From positions 54,250,001-54,314,000 of the forward strand of contig OZ336875.1 in NCBI GenBank assembly GCA_965287045.1: a DNA stretch of 64,000 nt, written 5' to 3'. Under the pieces are notes generated by a model, which was not told the DNA's origin, made no database searches, and worked only from the letters and a program-made list of their open reading frames with translations. Shown here one piece after another: positions 47,273-58,659 of the stretch (its first letter is position 1; every line of letters starts with the position of its first letter). Origin of the DNA: Carcharhinus amblyrhynchos (Eukaryota). The position numbers were made by a program, and so were the translations under genes.

Positions 47273-48692
47273 ACAGGGAATTTTTTTTTTCATTTTATAT
47301 TCAATTCAATCCAATCAAGTCCAATTCAAAGTCTCAGCAAGTGAGACATTACTGATCCAAGCTGACAGGCCAGCCTCTTCCTGTCCTGGGCTTGATCTAC
47401 ATGATCCAAGCTGATTGGAGCAGGCATTGCACCACCATCAAGGCTTGATCACATCTGCATCTTAGCCAAATGTGCAGGATGCACTTGGTCTTAACCAAAA
47501 GGCCAAGATGCAACAGGATTTTTTTTTGTTTATATCCAATTCAATCCAAAGTCTAATTCAAAGTCTCAGCAAGTGAGACATTCCCGATCCAAGCTGACAA
47601 GACAGGCTGGCCACTCCTGTCCTGGGCCTGATCTATATGCTCCAAGCTGATTGGAGCAGGCATTGCACCTCCTCCAAGACTTGATCTCATTTGCATCTTA
47701 GCCAAAACACCGAGATGCCACTTTAAAAAATTGTTTCAAATGAAGCCTCATTGTAACCTTATGACTTCAACCAAGTGTAGCACAGCAAAACTACACTTGA
47801 CCTTAACCAAAAGGTCAAGAAGTGACAGGGATTTTTTTTCAAAAATATACTTTATTCATATACTCTGAAACAAACCATTATGGAAACAACATTTCCAATC
47901 ATTACAACCAGTGCAAAACACAATCATATTTACAATTTCCTTAACTTGAACATTTTACAGTGCTTAGTTCCAAGACATTGCATGCATTACAGTTCAGCTT
48001 TTCAGCAAACTATATACATTCCTCACATATCACTGCTTGCTGTTTTTACAGAGTCGCACACAGATACATAGTCCAAGGGTTTGAAGCGACAGGGAATTTT
48101 TTTTGCATATACATCCAATTCAATCCAATCAAAGTCCAATTCAATCCAAAGTCTAATTCACAGTCTCAACAAGTGAGACATTCCCGATCCAAGCTGATGA
48201 GACAGGCCAGCCGCTTCCTATCTTGGGTTTGATTTACAAGATCCAAGCTGATTGGAGCAGGCACTGCGCCACCTCCAAGACTTGATCCCCATTTGCATCT
48301 TAGCCAAAAGGCCAAGATGCCACTATTAAAAATTGCTTCAAATGAAGCCTCAGTGTGACCTCATGACTTTTTTTTAAACTTTATTCCAATCCAATCAAGT
48401 CAAATTAAACCCAATTCAGAGTCCCAACAAGTTGGGACATTCCCGATCCAAGCTGACAAGACAGGGCTCTCACCTCCTGTCTTGGGCTTGATCTACATGA
48501 TCCAAGCTGACTGGAGTAGGTGTAGCTCCTCCTCCAGGGCTTGATCTTATTTGCATCTTAGCCAAATGGCCGAGATGCCACTTTAAAAAATTGCTTCAAA
48601 TGAAGCTGAAATGTAACCCAATGACTTCAACCAAGTGTAGCATGTCGATACTACACTTGATCTTAGCCAAAAGGCCGTGTGACCTCATGACT
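47273..48692 (-). mobile_element. Tandem/nested array of four U2-snRNA-headed, poly(A)-tailed short retroposons (SINEU-like)
   Basis: Units at ~47281-47518, 47519-47831, 48097-48367(+48677-48692), 48368-48676; U2 nt 10-40 exact at 48647-48677; poly(T) at each unit start on plus; TSD gtgtgacctcatgact at 48353-48368 and 48677-48692. Confidence 0.88.
47832..48082 (-). mobile_element. 5'-truncated LINE 3' UTR (probably Tx1/L1 clade) with 13-bp TSD
   Basis: Ends atgaataaagtatatttttgaaaaaaaa; TSD gaag(t/c)gacaggga at 47819-47831 and 48083-48095. Confidence 0.7.
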
Positions 48693-49588
48693 GCTGCAGT
48701 CAAAGGTTTCCCCAATGACTGTGGAATTAACACAATTCAGTGGTGAGCATGCTGCTGGTGGGGAAATGTACTGCCCATTTTTATGGCTCTGACTGACGCA
48801 ATTTTCAAAATTGCCCAGAAACCTCCCTGTTATTCAGCACTTTGCCAAACAAACTGCCTGAAAACAGCAATCATGCTGAGAAGCAAATTGCTTGTTAAGC
48901 CATCAATCCTGATCTAAAAATGACACTTCACTTTAAAAGTATGGCACAGTCAAATCATGCACTGGAAAGGAAAAGATCCAGAGAGCGATGCCTTGCATAT
49001 GTGGCAAGGAACAGTAAATGTCACAGCAAATAAAATCACTGCCGTGCCTTTCAACATGTGAAATGAGTATTTACAGTTTAAAACTGAAGCAATATTAATT
49101 GTGCCTGAAACCATGATAGTAGCACCACCAGACGAAAGCAGAGAACTTCAGGATTTAAAAAGTACACAAAAGAGAATAATTCTGCAATCACAGAACAGGA
49201 GCTGACAGTTATATTACCTGCAACAGTGAGTCAATTTTTAAACTTTTAACAGTTAATTTCATCCAATGTAGTTTCAACCTGAAACACGGTTTCTCATCTC
49301 GCTGTGATGTTAAAAGATATGTTCGAGAGGGCAGCAAAGGCTAGGCCAGAGCACACTGCAACATCAAAACAAAAACAGGGAAGAGAAACAAACGCAAGTG
49401 TCTTATCACATTTCCTACCATATATCCACCTGCTCAGATACACAGCTAATTGAAGCCGTCCGGCTCCCAGCATCTTGCTTTCTGCTACACAGTACACCTC
49501 GGGGAGGTTTTAGATAGCTGGTGCTTTCCAATATTAACCCACTATCCAAATAGAGTATTGTACAATTAATCTCAGGAATCTCTTGCTT

Positions 49589-50880
49589 CATAGAACAAAG
49601 AAAATTACAGCACAAGAACAGGCCCTTTGGCCCTCCAAGCCTGCATTGACCATGCTGCCCAACTTAACTAAAACCCCTACTCTTCCAGGGACCATATCCC
49701 GTTGTTCCCATCCTGTTCATGTACTTGTCAAGATGCCCCTTAAAAGTCACTAATGTATCCGCTGCCAGTACCTCCCCTGACAACGAGTTCCAGGCACCCA
49801 CTACTCTCTGTGTAAAAAATCTGCCTCGTACACCTTCTTTAAACCTTGTCCCTCACACCTTAAACCTCTGCCTCCTAATAACTGATTCTTCCACCCTGGG
49901 AAAAAGCTTCTGACTATCCACTCTGTCCATGCCTCTCATAATCTCATAGACTTCTATCAGGACTCCCCTCAATCACCGTTGCTCCAGTGAGAACAAACCA
50001 AGTTTCTCCAACCTCTCCTCATAGCTAATGCTCTCCATACCAGGCAACATCCTGATAATTTTTTTTTGTACCATCTTCAAAGCCTCCACATCCTTCTGGT
50101 CGTGTGGCAACCAGAATTGAACATTATATAATGTGGCCTAACTACGGTTCTATAATGCTGCAACATGACTTGCCCATTTTTAAACTCAATGCCCCGGCCA
50201 ATGAAAGCAAGCATGCCATATGCCTTCTTGACTACGTTCTCCACCTGCATTGCCACTTTCAGTGACCTGTGTACCTGTACACCCAGATCCCTTTGCCTAT
50301 CAATACTCAGAAGGGCTCTGCCATTTACTATATTTCTTATGTGTATTAGACCTTCCAAAATGCATTATCTCACATATTAAACTCCATCTACCATCTCTCT
50401 GCCCAGTCTCCATCTGATCTAAATCCTGCTGTATCCTCTGATGGCCCTCATTGCAATTCACAAATCCAGCAACCTTTGTGTCATCTGCAAACTTACTAAT
50501 CAACCCAGTTACATTTTCCTCCAAATCATTTATATATATTACAAACAGCAAAGGTCCCTGAGGAACACCACTTGTCATAGCCCTCCATTAGAAACGCAAC
50601 CTTCCACTGCTACCCTCTGTCTTCTTTGACCGAGTCAGTTTTGTATCCATCTTGCCAGCTCACCTCTGATCCCATGCGACTTCCTTCACCTTCTGCACCA
50701 GTCTGCCATGAGAGACCTTATCAAAGGCCTTACTGAAGTCCACGTAGGCAACATCCACTGCCCTAGCCTCATCAATCATCTTCGTCACTCCCTTGAAAAG
50801 TTCGATCAAGTTCATGAGACATGACCTCCCCTTCACAAAACCATTTTGCTTCTCACCAATACGTCCACTTATTTCCAAGT
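49589..50880 (-). mobile_element. Degenerate CR1 RT + 3' UTR
   Basis: YVDFSKAFDKVSH, GVPQGPLLFVIYINDL, KFADDTK; same subfamily as the outer CR1 at 1337-5248. Confidence 0.95.
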
Positions 50881-50989
50881 TTCATTGGGAAATTAAGTCT
50901 AAGGATATCACAGAACAACTTATAGGGGCAAAAGGAACAAATAGCTATGCCCAATGGCAGAAATTATAGGAATTATGTATTAAAACAAA

Positions 50990-53900
50990 AACACATTCAA
51001 AGAGGTGGCCATTTAAGAAGTAATCCAATGTGTTTGTTTGTTGATTGGCACATACATAGGATCACAATACCAACTACATTGAGGCAAAAATATCAAACTT
51101 TAATGCAACCATGGAACATCAGCACAACACAATGAGATAAGATGGCAACACCAACAAGGGAACGCTAGACTTCCAGCTACCAGAAGCCATATCCATAGTA
51201 GTGTGACCGCTTTAGAGTCATAGATCACAGAAACAGGCCCTTCGGTTCACCATGTTGGCCATCAAATATCAACCTATACTAATTCCTCTTAAACTTCCTT
51301 TCTCACCTGTGCAGCTCGTATACATATTGTGATAACAAAGTCCCAAAAGAAAATGAGATTAACACGAGTAAACAATGTGCTTGATCAAAATTACAAGTGA
51401 ACATTTATGGCCAGAGAATGCAACATTGTAAACTTAAGATCTAAAACGTCTTTGTAAAGAGCAGTCCACATACGGCCATAGGAATTCCAACAAATTATGT
51501 GCATACTGGGCACACTCAGGGGTGGGCTTTTTTCAGCACTCGAATACCAGCATCAATCTAGAAGTATGAAATCTACTAAATAGTTTGAGGGGAGCGAAGG
51601 CATCTCTGATGAGTGAAGCTTCTTAAAGCAGGCGCCAATGAAACAGAGCTGGTGGCAGCTATAAATGGCTGGTTAGGAATGCTAAAAGGCAGTGCTATGG
51701 GATCAAGAGCCTGAACTGGCTGTGTAGGCATTAAGGCTGTGGCCTGCATCAGATATCAGTGTGTAAACATCAGAGTGGCAGCTCAGTGATTCACCCTTGA
51801 GGCAGTGATTTAGACAGGACTGTGGTATCTATCATAGGGGTTTATGTGGTTGACCCAAGAGTGGAACTCCTTTATTCTTACAGTCTCTGTTGGAGCATGG
51901 AAAAACAAATTGCCGATCCTGAGAGTCATGTTAATTGTTGCAGTGATCTTGTAGTTCAGCAAGTCCATTTTAAGAAAAGCAAAATGATGTAATGGACCAA
52001 AGGATCTTCTTCTGCGCTGTAGACTTCTACGTCTCTCTCTCTATAAATCTAATGATGTTTTGATAGATACAGGTTTGACTTCTTTTCATGTCTTTTTGAC
52101 ATAAGAGTCTTGAGGAGTTTACCACAATGTCATCAACGAATGTTCGGTGAACAGTGGAAGCTGAGGTCAGGGGTATGAGGAACAGACTTAGCACATGGAG
52201 TCCTCACAATCATGTGCACAGCAGCTTGCAAAACCCAAAGAGGTGTTCTCAGATGGTCTGACATGGGCATTGTGTCGACTGACCGAGTGAAGATAGGTAG
52301 TGACACAGGAACTGGTAGAATCTTCTCCACTGCATAACTTCTCGGAGGCCAATGCAGAAGGTTTGTTGTATGTGAGGGCACAAAGATGGTGGCTGGATTG
52401 CACATATGTGACTTGATGATTACGCCATTTGCCACTGAAAACAAAAGCTGGAAAGTTTGAGTCTGTTGCCACAGGTTACATACAGGATGGATGTGACGTC
52501 ATGTTTCTTAATAGTGCCATCTGTGGCAACCCATAGCTGATCATTAGAAAGGGGAAGAGTAACAGTTTTAGTGGATGGAAGTGTGGACTGAGTCAAGTGA
52601 AAGCCACTGCAGTCCACTGATCTTTTCAATGGACTGTTAATGATAGTAATAGAATCTAAGAGGTAAGGAAAGACTTTTGAAAGCATCCTGTAGGCATCAA
52701 CAAGCAATCTTGTGCAAGAAATTTTCTCTGGTGGAGAGTAGGTTGAGATGCTGGAGACACAATGTGGACTAACTTGAAATGTGTCAGCCAAAGCCATCCT
52801 AGAATGGTCGATTCTTACAGCAGATGATAGTTTTAAAGGCAGAGAGACATGGATCACATCGTGAACGAGCATGTAGTACATGTTGCCAGTTTTGAGAAGT
52901 TCTTCAGGATCCGTACCACCACAGTAGAAGATCACCTGCAGGTTTAACCTCCATTAACAGATCACCTAGTACTCAGCATGTCAATTCCTTAAAAGGTGGT
53001 TTCAGATTCAGGCATGCCCATGTCAGATTGCGTGTATATGCCAACACCTTTGTAGGGTGTGACAACTCCACAGTGTGTCATGGACATTCATGCTAATGGC
53101 TTCCGATAAAAGGCATTGGTTAGCTCTGTTGATATGATCTGTTTCAACTGGACAAGTTGCATAAGGTTTAAACAACGTCTGATATGAATGAAGTTTGTGA
53201 CTTACATCAGCATCCAACATCAGCAGATGCTCTGACAAGTCATAAATCTGTATTGACCACTTCACAAGAAATGATAGATTAAGGTATCCTACAGTGATCT
53301 CCACATCTTCAGGCCAACAGCAGACTCCAAGATTTTCAAGTTTATCAAATCTTTGTTGTTAGTCAACAAGTTTGTCTCTGGCATACTTGGGGAGGCACCC
53401 AGGTTGTACAGGTCTCATGCTGACATTAGCTTTGAAATATCCAGTCTTGCCACTGTAACCTGGAAATGCTGGATTGAAGACATCAGCATAATCCTGGAGG
53501 AATGTAGGGAATGTGTGTGCTGAGGCAAGGTGTGATCTAGATCCACCAGAACGGATTCTGAAAACAACTGATGAAGCTTGAATTTTGCATTGCTTGGTAA
53601 GCAACTGTGCCACATTGTCCTGAGAAGGCAGAGAACCTTGGTTGCTGGGGTTGAAGACACGTCGTATCCAAGCAAAATTCTCATTGTAAGACAGGACCTG
53701 AGGTTTAATGGAGAGGTTCAAGGTGGGAATTTTGTCAGCAATCAGCAAAAAGTATGCAATAGAGGCCATTTGTTGTGTGGCTTGCTGCACTTCGGTCCTG
53801 AAGGAAGAGGGGACAATGCAGTGGCAAATTTTGTGAAGTCTGCAAGATCGTAGGCTTATCTTGATGAAAGCTGCTGGCAGATTGTTGTTGATCTTGAGGG

Positions 53901-55550
53901 AGTGTGAAGTACATGTTCAAGAAGAAGCAAGGAGTTGTGGTGCGCACATATAGGTAGTGGAGTCTACTAGCACTAGATACTTCATCAGTTGAATTGGCAT
54001 CATTAGTTTGCATAATGGGGTGCCTGCAAGTATCTCAACATCAAGATTCTCCATCACTAGGCCTTCAAAGATAAGATTGTGATGATCACTGGACAGGGAG
54101 AAATGTGTTTCATCAACAACATGTTAAAGTGATGAACCATCAGTCTGGTGAGCAGATTCGGATGCCCCTTTGGGACACCAAGTTTCATAGCTGTGGATAC
54201 ACAGACCATTGGCTCCACTGTCAATGATTACTCAAATAGCATAGTGCTCCAAGATTGTGTCTTATTAAGGTGATTAACAGATCTGTACACCGAATGCAGC
54301 AGATTCCAACAAGACGTTAAGTTCCTCATCTCCTTTGTCTAAACAAGCATCCACCATACTATCATTAAGACTGGCATCCAAGACGGCAGCGATCTTATGA
54401 GTTTTATTGGCAGTCTTGATCTGACGGAAAATTACATTTGCTGAGAAAGTATTTACCTGGTTGTTTACATAATAGAAGGACACTTGTCACGTACATGAAG
54501 GAGTTTAGATTTATCAAGTGAAGTTGAAATGATCCAATACTCTTGGAAGGAAGAAGCAGCAGTGCAAAGAGCCTTAGCATTAACAGACATTCAAATCTCA
54601 TCTAGCAGTGAACCTAGTGCTTGGGAGATCTTTAGTTTGATAGAAGCAAAGGTGCACGTCCAGAGCTCGCTGCCATACCTCTGCTTCGCTAAACATGGTT
54701 GGCTAGCGTGAATGCACTGAAGCCAACATAGACCAATGTTCTCCAGTGAGGGCAATGATTCCTTATCATCATCAGGAGGTTGGCCATGATGATAGAAACC
54801 ATCTTTTTGCAAGAGGTTATTCTTCAAAAAGACTGGCAGATTTCAGGACAGGTCCTCATGCCTCTCATCTGATTAAAATATGAAATCAGCCAATATAAGA
54901 GATGGTTCTGTAGTCTGGAAGCCATAATATAGATGAATAGTCTGCCATATCAAAGAGAATGATACAGATCTGTTAGCTATGAAGATGCATGACATAACAA
55001 AGCAGTAATTTGCTGTCTTCTCCAGCATCAGATTTAATACCTACATTTTTTGTTGAGTCCTAAAGCAGTTCTATAACTTTATGTGTCTCTGTGATTCACA
55101 AGGATAGGTTTGCTCCTCTTCTCTCACATGAAACCGTTACCGAGGAAAAGGGCAAAGTTAGAATCAAATGTAAATTAGGTTCGGATACCAATGCTTAAAT
55201 GAATTGACTGTCTTGATCCTTCCTAATCTCCACTGTTTCAGTGCCCAATGCCTGGCTGCCAGTTTCCACTATTACGGAACAGTAATATTTTAGGCTAAAT
55301 TGAGGTCAAAATCTGTGGAACAGTGCCATATAAACTCATCAATGTACTTTGAAGAGGGGCATTAAAATGTTTTGACACTGCCAGCATGCTGGTAGGTTGT
55401 GTTTGCTTGCGGATTGGTACATATTCAGGATCACAATACCAACTATATTGAGGTGAAAACATTGAACTTTAATGGAGCCATGAAACAACGAGACAAGACA
55501 GACCCAAGGAAACCTGGGCTCCAAGCCATCAAAGGACAATGACCTAAAGT
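50990..55550 (-). mobile_element. Old Ty3/Gypsy LTR retrotransposon with both LTRs, decayed gag-pol
   Basis: Direct repeats ~50995-51190 and ~55345-55535 (ggatcacaataccaacta.attgagg); gag LAKQRYGSEL..FASIK.KISQAL; pol [44 protein letters not shown], RNase H LWVATDG. Confidence 0.85.
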
Positions 55551-57361
55551 AGCACAAAGCAAAAGGGATTAGGAATAGTAGCAGTGTATATGTTCTCCAC
55601 CTTAAGTCATGCTTCTACATCGCCTCCCTCCCAGTTGGAGAAGGTACAGGGGCTGAGAAATAAACAAGTGTCAGAGAAGCAGAGGATACACGGGCAGATA
55701 CCTTGCTAATGAAGAAAGTTGAGGTAAGATGGACTAAGACTAAGAGATATATACAGATTACACTCACATTTGAAATGACACATGCATATTGCAGGGTAAA
55801 GATGTATTGCATATTCCTGCTGTTGCAATCAAAACAGTAAATGTTTCCAACCTTTCATTTATTGCAAGAGAGATGTGATTTGTCAGTAACATTAAGTCCC
55901 TCTCATGATCTCAGTTTCCTAGGGGAACACATTTTCTATTTGTACAAATAAGAATAATCGCTTTTGGGTCAGAGAATTCCTGGGAAATATTTATTTAACG
56001 TATGGAGGCACCACTTTAAATTGATAATTTGGGAACCATGTTAAAGCTATCCCACGAATTGATCGCGGGAGGGAAGTAGGGCGGGGGATGGACAGAAGAT
56101 GCTTTGTTCTGAGGGAGCAGTGGTCACTCTTTTTGGGAGATGGAGATTGAGAAAAACTACAACAAATGGATGACTGGGGTCTGTTATGCCAGCATAAAGT
56201 GAAAGGTTATGGATAATGAGTGTTTGCTGGAAGAGAGCAGTAGTTCATGAAGCATGCGCTCTGGGAGTAGCAATAATTTGTAGAGTTATTTATTAGGATT
56301 ATGCTCAGCTTTAGCCCAGTATAGTTGTAACATTGCAGAACTAACCATTTCAATATCCTCTAAAGTGGGAGAGTTTGTGGACTTTAATGCTGGAATAATC
56401 TAATTTTACAGTACATCAGACAACAGCCTAAGACTGCTATACACATTCCAGTAGCAAATTTTATCTTTTTATATAGCTTTCTATTACTAAGATAGTTTGT
56501 ATTGATAGAAATGGAACACCACTTATAATATTTTTATGTAATGCACAGTCTGGAGACTCAGAGGGTGGAACCTTGTGACAGTAACAGAAGCCTTGGCTGC
56601 TGGCTGGAGAGCTGGCAAGATCCCTGCATTGTTACTTTTCAAGTGGCCCACTGCCACTCAGGCCAAAAATCAAGGACTCTGGTGACTGACGTCCCATCCA
56701 CCAAGAGCCACCATCCAATCAGATGTCAGCACCATTTTGTAATTGGCAGTGCCACTATGGAGGACGTGGTTGCTGCTGGCACAACTGAGTGATGATGGAA
56801 AGGGCATCCCAGGGAGGGGTTTGTGGGGGAGGGAGAGAGGTGCATCGGCAGCAAGGACAGGAGGGTGGCTTTCAGCACGCTTCATTCTCCTTTCAACCCC
56901 CCATCAGGCACTACTGAGTGCTTTTGAATGAAAGACACCCTAGGAGTCGGCAAGCAAATGTTCACTGCATGGGACCTTCCGCCACTGACTTAATTGTAGT
57001 GGAGGTGGTGTCCTCTAGCCTGATTAAATGCCCTCATGGCACCAAACTCACCAGGGACAGGGCACAAAATACCACCCAATAACCCTGAAGATTGAGCTTG
57101 CCTTGAGTCTTGTCATCAGGTCTCCATATGTGGTGCTTTGCTTTTCTCACAACAGGAGAAATGCTGTTTGGTCTTCACTGAGAGCCTTGTTCTTTCTTTT
57201 CTCTTTATGTTAACAATTAACTAAGGATCGCTCCTTAAGCTAGAAGAAGTTAGGTTTTATTCCAGCTTTAAAATAGAAGTCTACAGCCCCTCTGTGAGAA
57301 GCTGCAGCTAGTTAGCTTAAACTGGTTTTAAGAAGCTTTAGGCGGTTGTTTTTCAGAAAGC

Positions 57362-58528
57362 GTGGATTTCAGCAAGGCCTTTGACAAGGTCCCCCATGGG
57401 ACGTTAGTTCAGTCACTAGGTATACATGGGGAGGTTGTAAATTGGATTAGACACTGGCTTAATGGAAGAAGCCAGAGAGTGGTTGTGGAAGATTGCTTCT
57501 CTGAGTGGAGGCCTGTGACTAGTGGAGTGCCGCAGGGATCGGTGTTGGGTCCATCGCTGTTTGTCATCTATATCAATGATCTGGATGATAATATGGTAAA
57601 TTGGATCAGCAAATTTGCTGATGATACAAAGATGGGAGGTGCAGTGGACAGTGAGGAAGGTTTTCAAAGCTTGCAGAGGGATTTGGACCAACTAGAAAAA
57701 TGGGCTGAAAAATGGCAAATGGAATTTAACACAGACATGTGTGAGGTATTGCACTTTGGAAGGACAAACCAAAGTAGACCGTACAGGCTAAATGGTTGGA
57801 CTCTGAAGAGTGCAGTTGAACAGAGGGATCTGGAATACAAGTACAGAATTCCCTAAAGGTGATGTCACAGGTGGATAGAGTCGTAAAGAATGCTTTTGGT
57901 ACAGTGGCCTTTATAAATCGGAGTATCGAATATAAAAGTTGGAGTGTTATGGTAAGGTTATATAAGGCATTGGTGAGGCCGAATTTAGAGTATTGTGTAC
58001 AGTTTTGGTCACCTAGTTACAGAAAGGATGTAACTAAGGTTGAAAGAGTGCAGAGAAGGTTCACAAGGATGTTGCCAGGACTTGAGAAGCTGAGTTACAG
58101 AGAGAGATTGAAGAGGTTAGGACTTTATTCTCTGGAGCATAGAAGAATGAGGGGAGATTTGATAGAGGTGTATAAGTTTTTGATGGGTACCGAAGAGTAA
58201 ATGCAAGCAGGCTTTTTCCACTGAGGCTAGGGGAGAAAAAATCCAGAGGGCATGGGTTAAGGGTGAAAGGAGAAAAGTTTAAAGGGAATATTAGGGGGGG
58301 CTCCTTCATGCAGACAGTGGTGGGAGTGTGGAATGAGCTGCCAGATAAAGTGGTAAATGCGGGGTCACTTTTAACATTTAAGAAAAACTTGGACGGGTTC
58401 ATGGATGAGAGGGATATGGAGGAATATGGTTCAAGTGCAGGTCAGTGGGACTAGGCAAAAAATGGTTTGGCACAGACAAGAAGGGCCAAAGGTCTGTTTC
58501 TGAGCTGTAATTTTCTGCGGTTCTATGA
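57362..58528 (+). mobile_element. 5'-truncated CR1 RT + 3' UTR (frameshifted)
   Basis: DFSKAFDKVPH, GVPQGSVLGP, KFADDTK, LEYCVQFWSP. Confidence 0.95.
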
Positions 58529-58659
58529 ATACAGGCTTTCCTTGGTGTTGCTTTGAAATCATGGATTGTAAAATTGGAGTTTGGTGAAGAGGGGAAATAG
58601 CCGGCTTTCATTTTGCTACGGGGGAAGAAGCTGATTGGTGAGTAACTGTAAAGGATAAT

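Noticed and set aside
47273-48692. U2 snRNA gene cluster, or CRISPR-like array
   Set aside because: U2 similarity stops at nt 40 (no Sm site or 3' stem-loops); units have poly(A) and TSDs; no unique spacers or cas genes, and the DNA is eukaryotic.
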